From: Nitrospinota bacterium
Lineage (GTDB): Bacteria > Nitrospinota > Nitrospinia > Nitrospinales > VA-1
Reading direction: 5' to 3'
NCBI GenBank assembly: GCA_038108555.1
Contig: JAYNIA010000015.1
Span: forward strand, 1-46,130
DNA length: 46,130 nt
The notes under the pieces were generated by a model. The model had not been told where the DNA came from. It saw only the letters and a list, made by a program, of their open reading frames with translations, and did no database searches. Positions 18,544-27,640 of the stretch are shown one piece after another; the stretch's first letter is position 1, and the number at the start of each line of letters is the position of its first letter. Made by a program: the position numbers and the translations under genes.

Positions 18544-18583
18544 TTTAATCCTTCATCCCGGGTCTTTTATTTCGAACAAAAGG

Positions 18584-19515
18584 TCAGGAAGCGTTGGAAA
18601 ATTCCTGCCAATCCATCACTTCTTCCCCATTAATTTTCCATTTTTCTTCTTCTGACTCATGGAACCCGGTATTGAACTGAATGGAGCCGTCAGGGTTGTG
18701 AAAAATATTTTCTGAGACGACACCTTTTTCTCCATAAGAATACTCGGATCGGGTCCCATTGGGGAAATGGATGATGAAACCATAGAGGCCCGTTTCTTCG
18801 TTGGATAAGATTTCAAGAACCTGATAATCGATCCATTTGTGAAATCGAGGCATCTCGCGAAACAACATTTTAAAATGGTTGTGGTTGACTAAAAAAGCGG
18901 AGTAAAAAGCCAGGCAGTTAAAAATAGTTTCATCGACCTTTTTTTGGGGTTTTTTTTTGACTGCCCGTTGTCGTTCCAAGTAAATAATTCTTCCTTTACT
19001 TCATATTCGGAGTTGGTTATCGCTTTCCTCAGTTCTTCATCAAAGAACTGATCTATGCTTTCGGAAAATTCAGTTTCACCCGCTTCTACCCCCTGCCGTT
19101 TCAACTCTTCAAACTTTTCCGAAGCGGTGGGCCCTATCCAGGAAAATGCCAAGCCACTCGCGGGCCTTCCCAAACAACCGAAAGGTTTTACCAGATAATC
19201 CTTGTGCAATATTGTTCTTAAAATATTAGCAAGCATTTCCTGTGGCGCAGTCATTTCCACCTTATGACAATATAGAGTCAACTCCCCCCGCTTTTCATTT
19301 TTATCTTTTTGTTGGATGTTTTTTAATCCCTCACCCTCTTCAAAAGCTTTTCGTGAATCTTCAAAAAACTCCCAATCCAGATCTTCTGTTGCATCGACCC
19401 TTAATAGAGTGCCGAGCACCTCAAACGGATTTAGCTTCAGAGCCTTCATGTACAGATCATGCAGCATATCCGTATAATTTTGGGTCTTCTCAATATATTT
19501 GGAATATTCATCCAT
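18584..19515 (-). pseudogene. Hypothetical protein (about 310 aa) split by a frameshift in an A9 run (18950-18958)
   Basis: Overlapping ORFs 18889-19515 and 18584-18979 fuse (WNDNGQSKKKPQKKVDETIF) if one A is added. Confidence 0.65.
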
Positions 19516-19544
19516 TTAATTATTTCCTTTGAACATCCTGGATA

Positions 19545-20529
19545 CTAAAGCTGCCCAAATTCTATACCATAGAAGGCCCCATAACCTTAATAAACAACTC
19601 CAAAAGTTTGGGATCAAAGTGATCTGCCATTTGCCGGGTCATCAAGGTTAGCGTCTCCATTGTATTCAATGCTTTTTTATACGACCTTCTTGTTGAAAGG
19701 GCATCGTAAACATCCATAATTTTGCATACTCTGGCATGCATGGATATTTCGTCCCCCGAAAGGCCTTGCGGGTACCTCCCCCTTTAAATTGTTCGTGATG
19801 TTGTCCCGCCATTGATAGCACAATATCTTTATAACAACACATGCCTCTCAACATCTGCTCCCCTAAAGGAGAGTGAGATTTCATTTTTTCAAACTCTTCA
19901 TCGTTCAGCTTGCCGTTTTTATTTATCAGGGCAGAATCTATTTTCGATTTTCCAACATCATGAAGCATTCCACCCAAGACAAGTTGTTTTACATCATCTT
20001 TGGGCAAACCCACCTTTGTCCCAAAAGTCATACAATAGAGCCCCACATTCACACTATGGGTGTGGGTGTAATAGTCCTTACTGGTCAATTTAGAAATTCC
20101 GGCAAACCCGACATCCGCTGTGGAAAGGCAATCTTCCATCATTTCCATAACCTCTTCCGAGGATTCGAGAATTTTTGAAGACGCGTTGTAGCTGAAAAAT
20201 TCTTTCATTACCCCCTTGGACACCTCGTAAACTTTTCTAGTTTTGGTTTCTACAGGAACCTTGGGGTCATTCATCACACTGCGTAATGACTTTGTTGCAT
20301 ACTGGTAATATTTAAACAGGTCTTCTTCTTTGATGAAAAATTCCTGCTCAAAATCCCCTTCTTCCAGCAATCGCAGCACTTTATCCTGATGTCTTGGGTC
20401 CGTGCTGGCAAACTTCACAAAAGTTCCGGAATCGGACTCCAAAAAAATATCAAACGAATCTCCCGACCCTTTTGCTAAAAACTCTATGTTTATGGGGCGA
20501 TAGTTTTTGTGTTCCGTCTGAGAGGTCAT
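19545..20529 (-). pseudogene. HD-GYP cyclic dinucleotide phosphodiesterase, frameshifted within the GYP motif (about 19775-19782)
   Basis: DYYTHTHSVNV, LHDVGKS, HHE; the other frame continues YPQGLSGDEISMHARVCKIMDVYDALSTRRSYK...HFDP to TAG at 19545-19547. Confidence 0.85.
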
Positions 20530-20705
20530 GACAAAATAATTCTGGTAGAACTAAATTCAAATTTAAGGGTTGTGAGGCCATTGTAACATCAAATAGTTTT
20601 AACCTTGCATCACCTTTTTTTACTTTTTAATAATGATTTTTTTTAAAAATAATTGATCAGGACATATTTGGATCGGCTAAATTAGGCTCTAAAATTCATA
20701 CCTTT

Positions 20706-20739
20706 TCACACCTTTCCCGGTTTACCAGGAAAGGTGTGA
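20706..20739. other. Inverted repeat between the Rrf2 3' end and the HD-GYP gene
   Basis: TCACACCTTTCC / GGAAAGGTGTGA; no adjacent U-tract on the minus strand. Confidence 0.55.
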
Positions 20740-20819
20740 CTGTAAACTTTTAGAAGAATAGGGAAGGAAGGATAACGAGAATTTTTTTTATAAATCTTGA
20801 TACCTTAAATCAGGACAAT

Positions 20820-21251
20820 CTATTTTTTGCTTGTCTCGCACAGGGGAATGCTTTTTGTCGGTTCGCTCAAGATCGTTCCCACAGTAGAATTCCTGAACGT
20901 CTCCTCAATCAAATTAATGGAATCATTCAACCTTTTATGCAAACGGCAAAGGTTGGTGCCATGCGTTTTTAACTTTAATGGACAACTCTTTATATGCTTG
21001 ATGGGGTCCACCGCATTAATCACATTCAATAAGGGAAGATTTTCAGGATCATGTGCCAACATATATCCACCATGCAAACCTTTTTTGGAATAGACCACTT
21101 CATGTTTTGCCAGCATCAATAAAACTTTGGAAAGATAATGTTCCGGCACTTTGGTTAACTTTGCAATCTCTGCGGTGGTATGTGGTTTGTCAGGATTTTG
21201 CGCCAACCCCACCACCGCACGGAGAGCGTATTCTGAAGTTTGAGATATCAT
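20820..21251 (-). CDS. Rrf2-family transcriptional regulator (probably Fe-S binding), divergent from nirK
   Basis: SQTSEYALRA, YLSKVL, G..GGY.L; Cys/His-rich C-terminus (SCPL..HGTNLCRLH...PLC). Confidence 0.92.
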   Translation of the reverse strand: MISQTSEYALRAVVGLAQNPDKPHTTAEIAKLTKVPEHYLSKVLLMLAKHEVVYSKKGLHGGYMLAHDPENLPLLNVINAVDPIKHIKSCPLKLKTHGTNLCRLHKRLNDSINLIEETFRNSTVGTILSEPTKSIPLCETSKK

Positions 21252-21320
21252 AAAATCACCAGTAGTAGATAAAAAGACCTTGAAATCGATTTTAACAGGT
21301 TTTATATTAATTGCAATAAC

Positions 21321-21342
21321 AGATAAAAATATCGTTTTATCT
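21321..21342. promoter_or_regulatory. Palindromic operator, putative Rrf2 site: AGATAAAA-N6-TTTTATCT
   Basis: Perfect 8-bp arms in the Rrf2/nirK intergenic region; an extra AGATAAAA half-site lies at about 21267. Confidence 0.6.
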
Positions 21343-21432
21343 TTTTATCGGGTTGGTACGAAAAAGAATGAGGTTTCACAAATTTTATCCATAAAAAGCG
21401 ACACATGCCCTATTTAAGAAGGAGTTCAAAAA

Positions 21433-22419
21433 ATGAAAACAATTAACCTAGGCATAAGGATTCTTTCAGTCTTTCTTTTGGCTGGATTTTTAACCGGACC
21501 CTTGGCTTATGCTGAAGTAGCCAAACTGGCAAAGGCCCCTAATGTTCCTGATCCGTTGAAACGAAGCAAAGCTGAAACGGTAGTCATCAACCTGCAAGCT
21601 AAAGAATATGTGGGGAATTTAACCGATGACGTAAAATATAATTTTTAGAGTTACGATGGAACGGTACCTGGCCCTATGGCAAGACTCCGCGTCGGTGACA
21701 GTATCGAATTTCATCTTTCCAATGCCAAAGAAAATACCCAACCCCACAACATAGATATCCATGCAGTCAATGGCCCCGGTGGAGGCGCAGCTTTCACTAC
21801 GGTGGACCCTGGCCAGGAAAAAATATTCACATTCAAAGCCAAGGCTGCTGGACTGTATATTTATCATTGTGCGGCCGGGTCTATTGTCGATCATATTTCC
21901 AACGGAATGTATGGACTGGTACTTGTCGAACCTTCAGGCGGCTTACCAGAAGTTGATCGGGAATTTTATGTCATGGAAAGCGAGTTCTTTGCCTCGGAAC
22001 CTGAGAATGGTGTAGCTTCTTTCGATATTCAAAAAGGACTGGATGAACATGCTTCCCATGTTGTCTTCAATGGACGGGAAGGTGGACTTCTGGGAGACAA
22101 TGCTTTAAAAGCAAAGGTAGGTGAAACGGTTCGTATTTATTTTGGCAATATCGGTCCCAACAGCATTTCATCTTTTCATATCATTGGTGAAATTTTCGAC
22201 AAGGTCTATAACGAAGGAGGGTTTGGGGGTGCCATTGGAAAAAATATTCAAACCACGCTCGTACCTTCGGCTGGAGCCACCATCGTCGAATTTAAAGTGG
22301 ATGCCCCAGGGGCATATGCACTGGTTGACCATAGCATCTATCGTGTTGCAAAAGGAGCTATTGGCCATCTCGTAGTAGAAGGAAATGAAAACCCGGAGGT
22401 CATTCGCCAGGGAAAATAA
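21433..22419 (+). pseudogene. nirK: Copper-containing nitrite reductase with in-frame TAG at 21646-21648
   Basis: Signal peptide; YNF*SYDGTVPGP (conserved Trp position); PHNIDIHA, YHCA, H..NGM, SSFHIIG and LVDHS ligand motifs all intact. AAGGAG RBS. Confidence 0.92.
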
Positions 22420-22442
22420 TTACAACTTATTCCCCCTCCACA

Positions 22443-22474
22443 AAAAGCCCTGAGAAATAATTCTCAGGGCTTTT
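22443..22474 (+). terminator. Rho-independent terminator after nirK
   Basis: AAAAGCCCTGAGAA / TTCTCAGGGCTTTT. Confidence 0.85.
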
Positions 22475-22628
22475 CATTTTTTACCCCCACTCAATCGTCA
22501 TGTAATGGATAAGGCCCTTCTCCGACTATTATTTAAGTAAAAATCTATTTAGTTGAAGATGGACGGCCAATAAAGTAAATTCATCCCAACATTTCATCTA
22601 AAAAAATTAATATTAGGAAGAGGGCTCC

Positions 22629-24269
22629 ATGAAGGCATCTGATCTATTTGTTCGTTCTCTCGAAAACGAGGGAGTCGAGTTTATTTTTGGGATTCCCGGC
22701 GAAGAAAATCTCGATTTCCTTGAATCTTTAAGAGAATCCAAAATCAAATTGATACTTACCCGCCACGAACAGGCGGCAGGGTTTATGGCAGCAACCTATG
22801 GAAGGTTAACCGGAAAAGTAGGTGTTTGCCTTTCCACCCTGGGACCGGGTGTCACGAATTTTGTCACCTCGGGTGCCTATGCTCAACTTGGGGCTATGCC
22901 CATCCTCATGATTTCTGGACAAAAACCCATCAAGAAAAGCAAGCAGGGACAATTTCAAATTATTGATGTAGTTGAGATGATGCGTCCCTTAACTAAATTC
23001 ACAAAACAGATTGTTCATGGCAATAATATTCCCGTTCTTATTCATGAGGCTATGCGACTTGCAAGAGAAGAACGTCCGGGCGCGGTCCATCTCGAATTAC
23101 CCGAAGACATTGCCGCAGAGGAATGCGATACCGTTCCCTTCGACCCGGTTTACTTCCGTCGTCCACAGGCAGATGAAAAAACGATCGATAAAGCTTGTGA
23201 AATGATTCAACAGGCCAAAAGGCCTCTCCTTCTTATTGGTGCAGGAGCAAATAGAAACCAAACCTGTGAAGCGTTGAGAAAATTGGTCGACAAAACCGGA
23301 TTGTATTTCTTTGACACCCAAATGGGAAAAGGTGTGGTGGATGAAAGACTTCCGACTTTCCTGGGAACAGCGGCCCTCTCTAAAGATGACTACCTGCACT
23401 GCGCCATTGACCGCGCTGATTTGATTATCAATGTCGGTCATGATGTCATCGAAAAACCTCCCTTCTTTATGGAACCGGGTGGAACAAAGGTTATTCATGT
23501 AAATTATTTTTCCGCCAAGGTCGATGAAATCTATTTCCCCCAATTGAATGTGGTGGGAGACATTGCCGACAGCATCCAAAGACTGGCAAACAAAATTGAA
23601 CCCTGCAAAAACTGGGATAACGAATATTTCAAACGCGTCAAAGATGAAGTTGAAGAACATGTAAAAGCAGGAAGTGGTGAAACCGGGTTTCCTATTCTTC
23701 CCCAACATTTAGTTGCGCAGATCAGAAATGCAATGCCGGATGATGGAATCATTGCTCTAGATAACGGAGTCTATAAAATCTGGTTTTCACGAAACTATAA
23801 AGCTTACAAACCAAATACTGTTTTGCTCGACAACGCACTGGCAACGATGGGAGCGGGTCTTCCTTCCGCGATGGGCGCAAAAATTGTTCATCCGGAAAGA
23901 AAAGTAATGGCTATTTGCGGTGATGGTGGTTTTATGATGAACTCCCAGGAACTCGAAACCGCCGTGCGATTAAAAATGAGCCTGGTGGTTGTCATCCTTA
24001 GGGACGATGCTTACGGGATGATCAAATGGAAACAGGCCGGAATGGGATTTCAGGATTTCGGGCTGGATTATGGAAATCCCGATTTCGTAAAATACGCAGA
24101 ATCTTATGGTGCGAAAGGGCATCGAGTCGAATCCAGCGAACATCTGACTACCCTTCTCGATGAATGCTTAAATGGCCCGGGAGTTCATTTAATAGAAGTT
24201 CCCGTTGACTATTCGGAAAATGAAAGGGTCTTGATAGAGGAATTAAAATCAAAAACTTGTATATTATGA
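22629..24269 (+). CDS. ThDP-dependent enzyme of the acetolactate synthase large-subunit family (possible 2-oxoacid decarboxylase)
   Basis: FGIPGEEN, RHEQAAGFMA, TLGPG, LATMGAGLP, GDGGFMMN. Confidence 0.9.
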   Translation: MKASDLFVRSLENEGVEFIFGIPGEENLDFLESLRESKIKLILTRHEQAAGFMAATYGRLTGKVGVCLSTLGPGVTNFVTSGAYAQLGAMPILMISGQKPIKKSKQGQFQIIDVVEMMRPLTKFTKQIVHGNNIPVLIHEAMRLAREERPGAVHLELPEDIAAEECDTVPFDPVYFRRPQADEKTIDKACEMIQQAKRPLLLIGAGANRNQTCEALRKLVDKTGLYFFDTQMGKGVVDERLPTFLGTAALSKDDYLHCAIDRADLIINVGHDVIEKPPFFMEPGGTKVIHVNYFSAKVDEIYFPQLNVVGDIADSIQRLANKIEPCKNWDNEYFKRVKDEVEEHVKAGSGETGFPILPQHLVAQIRNAMPDDGIIALDNGVYKIWFSRNYKAYKPNTVLLDNALATMGAGLPSAMGAKIVHPERKVMAICGDGGFMMNSQELETAVRLKMSLVVVILRDDAYGMIKWKQAGMGFQDFGLDYGNPDFVKYAESYGAKGHRVESSEHLTTLLDECLNGPGVHLIEVPVDYSENERVLIEELKSKTCIL

Positions 24270-24293
24270 TTTCCAACAATAAAGGAAATTCCC

Positions 24294-25682
24294 ATGACTG
24301 AGAAACTTAAAGTCGAATCTCCATACGATGGACATTTGATAAAAGAAATTGATATGCATGATGAGACGCATATCGAAAAAACCTTAAGCATTGCGCATGG
24401 GCTGGAACAGGGAAAACCCATTCCCACTCCCGAGAGAATTGCGATTCTGAATAAAACGGCTGACCTTGTGGAAGCCAGAGCGGAAGAGTTTGCGCGACAG
24501 TCTGCGGAGGAAGGTGGAAAACCCCTGATTGATTCTCGAATAGAGCTTGCTCGGGCTGTTCAGGGAATTCGTGAAGCGGCAAATTCCATCGGTCAACTTA
24601 CAGGACACGAAATTCCTATGGGACTGACAACCCCATCCATGAACCGGATGGCATTCACTACCCGAGAACCTATTGGCGTTGTTGCCGCCATCAGTGCTTT
24701 TAATCATCCGTTCAATCTCATAGTCCATCAGGTCGTACCCGGTGTCGCGGCAGGCTGCCCGGTCATCGTCAAACCGGCACGAACCACTCCGCTGTCCTGC
24801 TTTAATCTGGTCAACTGCCTTTACGAAGCAGGTCTGCCAAAAGAGTGGGTACAAATTATAATTTGCAAAGGTTCGCTTGCTGAAAAATTGGCAACAGACC
24901 CACGAGTCTCCTTCCTTTCATTCATTGGATCAGGAAAGGTGGGCTGGGGATTGCGTTCTAAATTGGCGGAAGGAGCAAGATGCGCGCTCGAACATGGCGG
25001 GGCCGCTCCGGTTATTGTTGAACCCGATGCCGATATGGACGATGCCCTGCCCCTACTGGCAAAAGGCGGTTTTTATCATGCAGGTCAAGTCTGTGTTTCG
25101 GTGCAGCGTATTTTTGTACATGAAGACGTCGTTGAAAGTTTTTCCAACAAGATGGTATCCCTCGCAGAAAAACTGGTGGTGGGAGATCCTACCGATGATA
25201 AAACAGAGGTCGGCCCCTTAATCCAGAAAAGTGAGGTGGAGCGTGTCCACCAATGGGTAGAGGAAGCTAAAGCTGCAGGCGGAAAAGTTTTAACGGGTGG
25301 AAATAAAATTGGAGACACCTGCTACGAACCCACAATTATTCTGAACCCACCTTACGATGCAAATGTTTCTCAATGCGAAATCTTTGGCCCGGTTATCAAT
25401 ATTTACTCATATAAAGACAGGGGAGAGGCAATAAAGCTAGCGAATGATGTTCCCTTCTCTTTTCAGGCAGCAGTTTTTACAAAGGATATCGATTCTGCCC
25501 TGGAGTCTGCCAAAGAACTGAATGCAGCAGCGGTGATGATAAATGACCATACCGCGTTCCGGGTGGACTGGATGCCTTTCGCCGGAAGGAAATCGTCTGG
25601 CCTAGGGGTCGGTGGTATTTTGCCCACCATGATGGAAATGACAGAAGAAAAACTGATCGTTTTCAGATCCAAACTGATTTAA
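24294..25682 (+). CDS. Aldehyde dehydrogenase family protein
   Basis: AFNHP, VIVKPA, FIGSGKVG, LEHGG, GQVCVS (catalytic Cys), EIFGPV. Confidence 0.93.
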   Translation: MTEKLKVESPYDGHLIKEIDMHDETHIEKTLSIAHGLEQGKPIPTPERIAILNKTADLVEARAEEFARQSAEEGGKPLIDSRIELARAVQGIREAANSIGQLTGHEIPMGLTTPSMNRMAFTTREPIGVVAAISAFNHPFNLIVHQVVPGVAAGCPVIVKPARTTPLSCFNLVNCLYEAGLPKEWVQIIICKGSLAEKLATDPRVSFLSFIGSGKVGWGLRSKLAEGARCALEHGGAAPVIVEPDADMDDALPLLAKGGFYHAGQVCVSVQRIFVHEDVVESFSNKMVSLAEKLVVGDPTDDKTEVGPLIQKSEVERVHQWVEEAKAAGGKVLTGGNKIGDTCYEPTIILNPPYDANVSQCEIFGPVINIYSYKDRGEAIKLANDVPFSFQAAVFTKDIDSALESAKELNAAAVMINDHTAFRVDWMPFAGRKSSGLGVGGILPTMMEMTEEKLIVFRSKLI

Positions 25683-25688
25683 GGGAAC

Positions 25689-27020
25689 CTATTTCAGACT
25701 TGCAGCGCATCGGAACCCGGTGCCATCAGACTGCAATTGAAAATGCGAATTCATCCGATTGGCTGATCGCATTTCAAAAGCAATTTTATTCCAACTACCT
25801 CCCCGGTTCACTTTTTGTGTGATGGAAAATGAACCGACGCAGTTCACACCACTGCATGCATTGAGTTCCGGGCGCGGACCCCGGGGATCCTTTTCTGGAC
25901 TCAATAAATAATAATTTTCGCTCACCGGCATCCAGTCGAAAACCCATTCACTCACATTCCCGGACATATCATAAAGACCATACGCATTGGGGGGGAACGA
26001 GCCCACCGGAGATGAATTTTTAAAACCATCGGATTTACTTGCATCTCTCGCATTCAAATCACATTCGACATCACAAAAGTTGGCCTCTTTACCGGTAACC
26101 TCATCACCCCAATAAAATTTGGTATCCGTTCCACCTCTTGCAGCAAATTCCCACTCCGCTTCGGTGGGCAAACGATGCCCCTGTTTCTTGCAATAATCCC
26201 GCGCATCTTCCCACGCCACACTATCGACAGGCAAATTTGCTCCGGGAAATTGGGACGGGTTGAATCCCATAACGGATTGGAAGAATTTTTGCCGCACTTC
26301 ATATTTTCCTATTTTAAAAGGAGACAAACATACTTTATGGATGGGCTTTTCATCAGAATCCCCAGTCTCACTGCCCATTTGAAAACAGCCTCCTTTGATA
26401 GCCACCATTTCATCTTCTGGCTTTTCCTGGTTTGTGGAGATCGCCATCTTTTGAACTTCGGCTTTTAGAGCCGATACCAACTCACGGGTTGCGGTTGGAA
26501 TTCCGTGATATTTTATTCGGTATCGGCTTTTCGGCAACAATTCCATTTTCCCGGTGCTCATAATGAAAACACGGAAATGAGGAACGGGCCCCAATGCGTC
26601 CTGCTTTACAAATTGGCTGATATCATCATCGACTTCTCCCGAATCATCCATAGCCATTACGGTTTCATCGACAAGTTCTGCTTTTCGGCCTTCTGTTTTC
26701 CCTTTTGCAAACACAAGAATATTTCTTCCCCTGGATTCAGGCATAGCGAGGATCCTATCTAGAAGCTCTTCTGCTTCATTAAATTTCTTGAGTTTTATTT
26801 TTGTATCTGCCTGAGCACGGAGGACCTTAAAATTATCCGAATCTTTTTCCAGCACCTGGGCAAATTTACTTTCTGCTTCAAGATATTTCCCCTCGGAAAA
26901 GGCTTTTTCACCCCGTGCAAAAACCTTGGTCATGTCCTGGGCATATAAGGGAACTGAGGAAAACAATAAAATCAGAAACAAAAACACGAAAAGTTTTATT
27001 TTTTTATTCAATAAATCCAT
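25689..27020 (-). CDS. Exported TPR + formylglycine-generating-enzyme (FGE/SUMF1) domain protein
   Basis: Signal peptide, TPR helices, FQMGS, RLPTEAEWEFAARGG, PNAYGLYDMSGNVSEW, RGGSW, GFRC. Confidence 0.88.
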   Translation of the reverse strand: MDLLNKKIKLFVFLFLILLFSSVPLYAQDMTKVFARGEKAFSEGKYLEAESKFAQVLEKDSDNFKVLRAQADTKIKLKKFNEAEELLDRILAMPESRGRNILVFAKGKTEGRKAELVDETVMAMDDSGEVDDDISQFVKQDALGPVPHFRVFIMSTGKMELLPKSRYRIKYHGIPTATRELVSALKAEVQKMAISTNQEKPEDEMVAIKGGCFQMGSETGDSDEKPIHKVCLSPFKIGKYEVRQKFFQSVMGFNPSQFPGANLPVDSVAWEDARDYCKKQGHRLPTEAEWEFAARGGTDTKFYWGDEVTGKEANFCDVECDLNARDASKSDGFKNSSPVGSFPPNAYGLYDMSGNVSEWVFDWMPVSENYYLLSPEKDPRGPRPELNACSGVNCVGSFSITQKVNRGGSWNKIAFEMRSANRMNSHFQLQSDGTGFRCAASLK

Positions 27021-27250
27021 TTGGAATTTCCTGTTTATCAAAATTATTTTTTTACAGGCCATAAAAAAAAAAAGAAGTATTGCAAGACCACGGAATACGA
27101 AGTTAGAATGAATTCTTTTTCAAATATGGCTTAGTATAGATTAACTAAACAAAAGCTTACAGGATAAGTTTTGCAAATGATCCCGGCAGGAATGGAATAT
27201 CCTGTTTTTGATACTATTACAAGTTTATTAAAAATAACATTTGGCAATCA

Positions 27251-27628
27251 ATGCGGTTCAATTTTAACACCCTCCGGACTTTAAAATATTTTTTTGCAGC
27301 CTTACTGTTTGTTGCTGGGTGCAGCAATGCCAGCGAAAAACCTTTGACTTTACGTGTAGGAGCGGAACCCTCGGCAAAAATGCGGAATGAAGAGGGTATC
27401 AAACACTATTTGGCTGGCAGAAATTTTGATGCCCTTTTGCAATTCAACCAGGCGAATCTGGCGGACCCAACATCGGGCGAAATTCACTTTAATCTTGGCC
27501 TCACATTTTGGAAAGAAAACAAGGAGAAAAGAGCCATCCAACATTTTAAAAAAGCAAAAAAGCTGGCCCGGGGAAACCCCAAAATTCTAAATTCCCCTCT
27601 TCTCAAAAAAGCTTTGGAAGAAAATTGA
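27251..27628 (+). CDS. TPR lipoprotein
   Basis: Lipobox VAGC; TPR pattern EIHFNLGL...AIQHFKKA. Confidence 0.75.
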   Translation: MRFNFNTLRTLKYFFAALLFVAGCSNASEKPLTLRVGAEPSAKMRNEEGIKHYLAGRNFDALLQFNQANLADPTSGEIHFNLGLTFWKENKEKRAIQHFKKAKKLARGNPKILNSPLLKKALEEN

Positions 27629-27640
27629 TTTTTTTTCGAG

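Noticed and set aside
18940..18960. Programmed frameshifting or phase variation at the A9/C4/A7 tract
   Set aside because: Cannot be distinguished from homopolymer sequencing error; no stimulatory structure was evident, and similar single-base deletions occur in short runs nearby.
21353..21370. sigma54 promoter upstream of nirK (TTGGTACG...)
   Set aside because: The -24 element is plausible but there is no GC at the -12 position.
21646..21648. Stop-codon reassignment or pyrrolysine read-through explaining the in-frame stops
   Set aside because: TAG and TAA terminate many intact genes here (aroF, purC, forE with TAG; gdhA, orn with TAA), the lesions mix codon types, and no pyl genes are visible.
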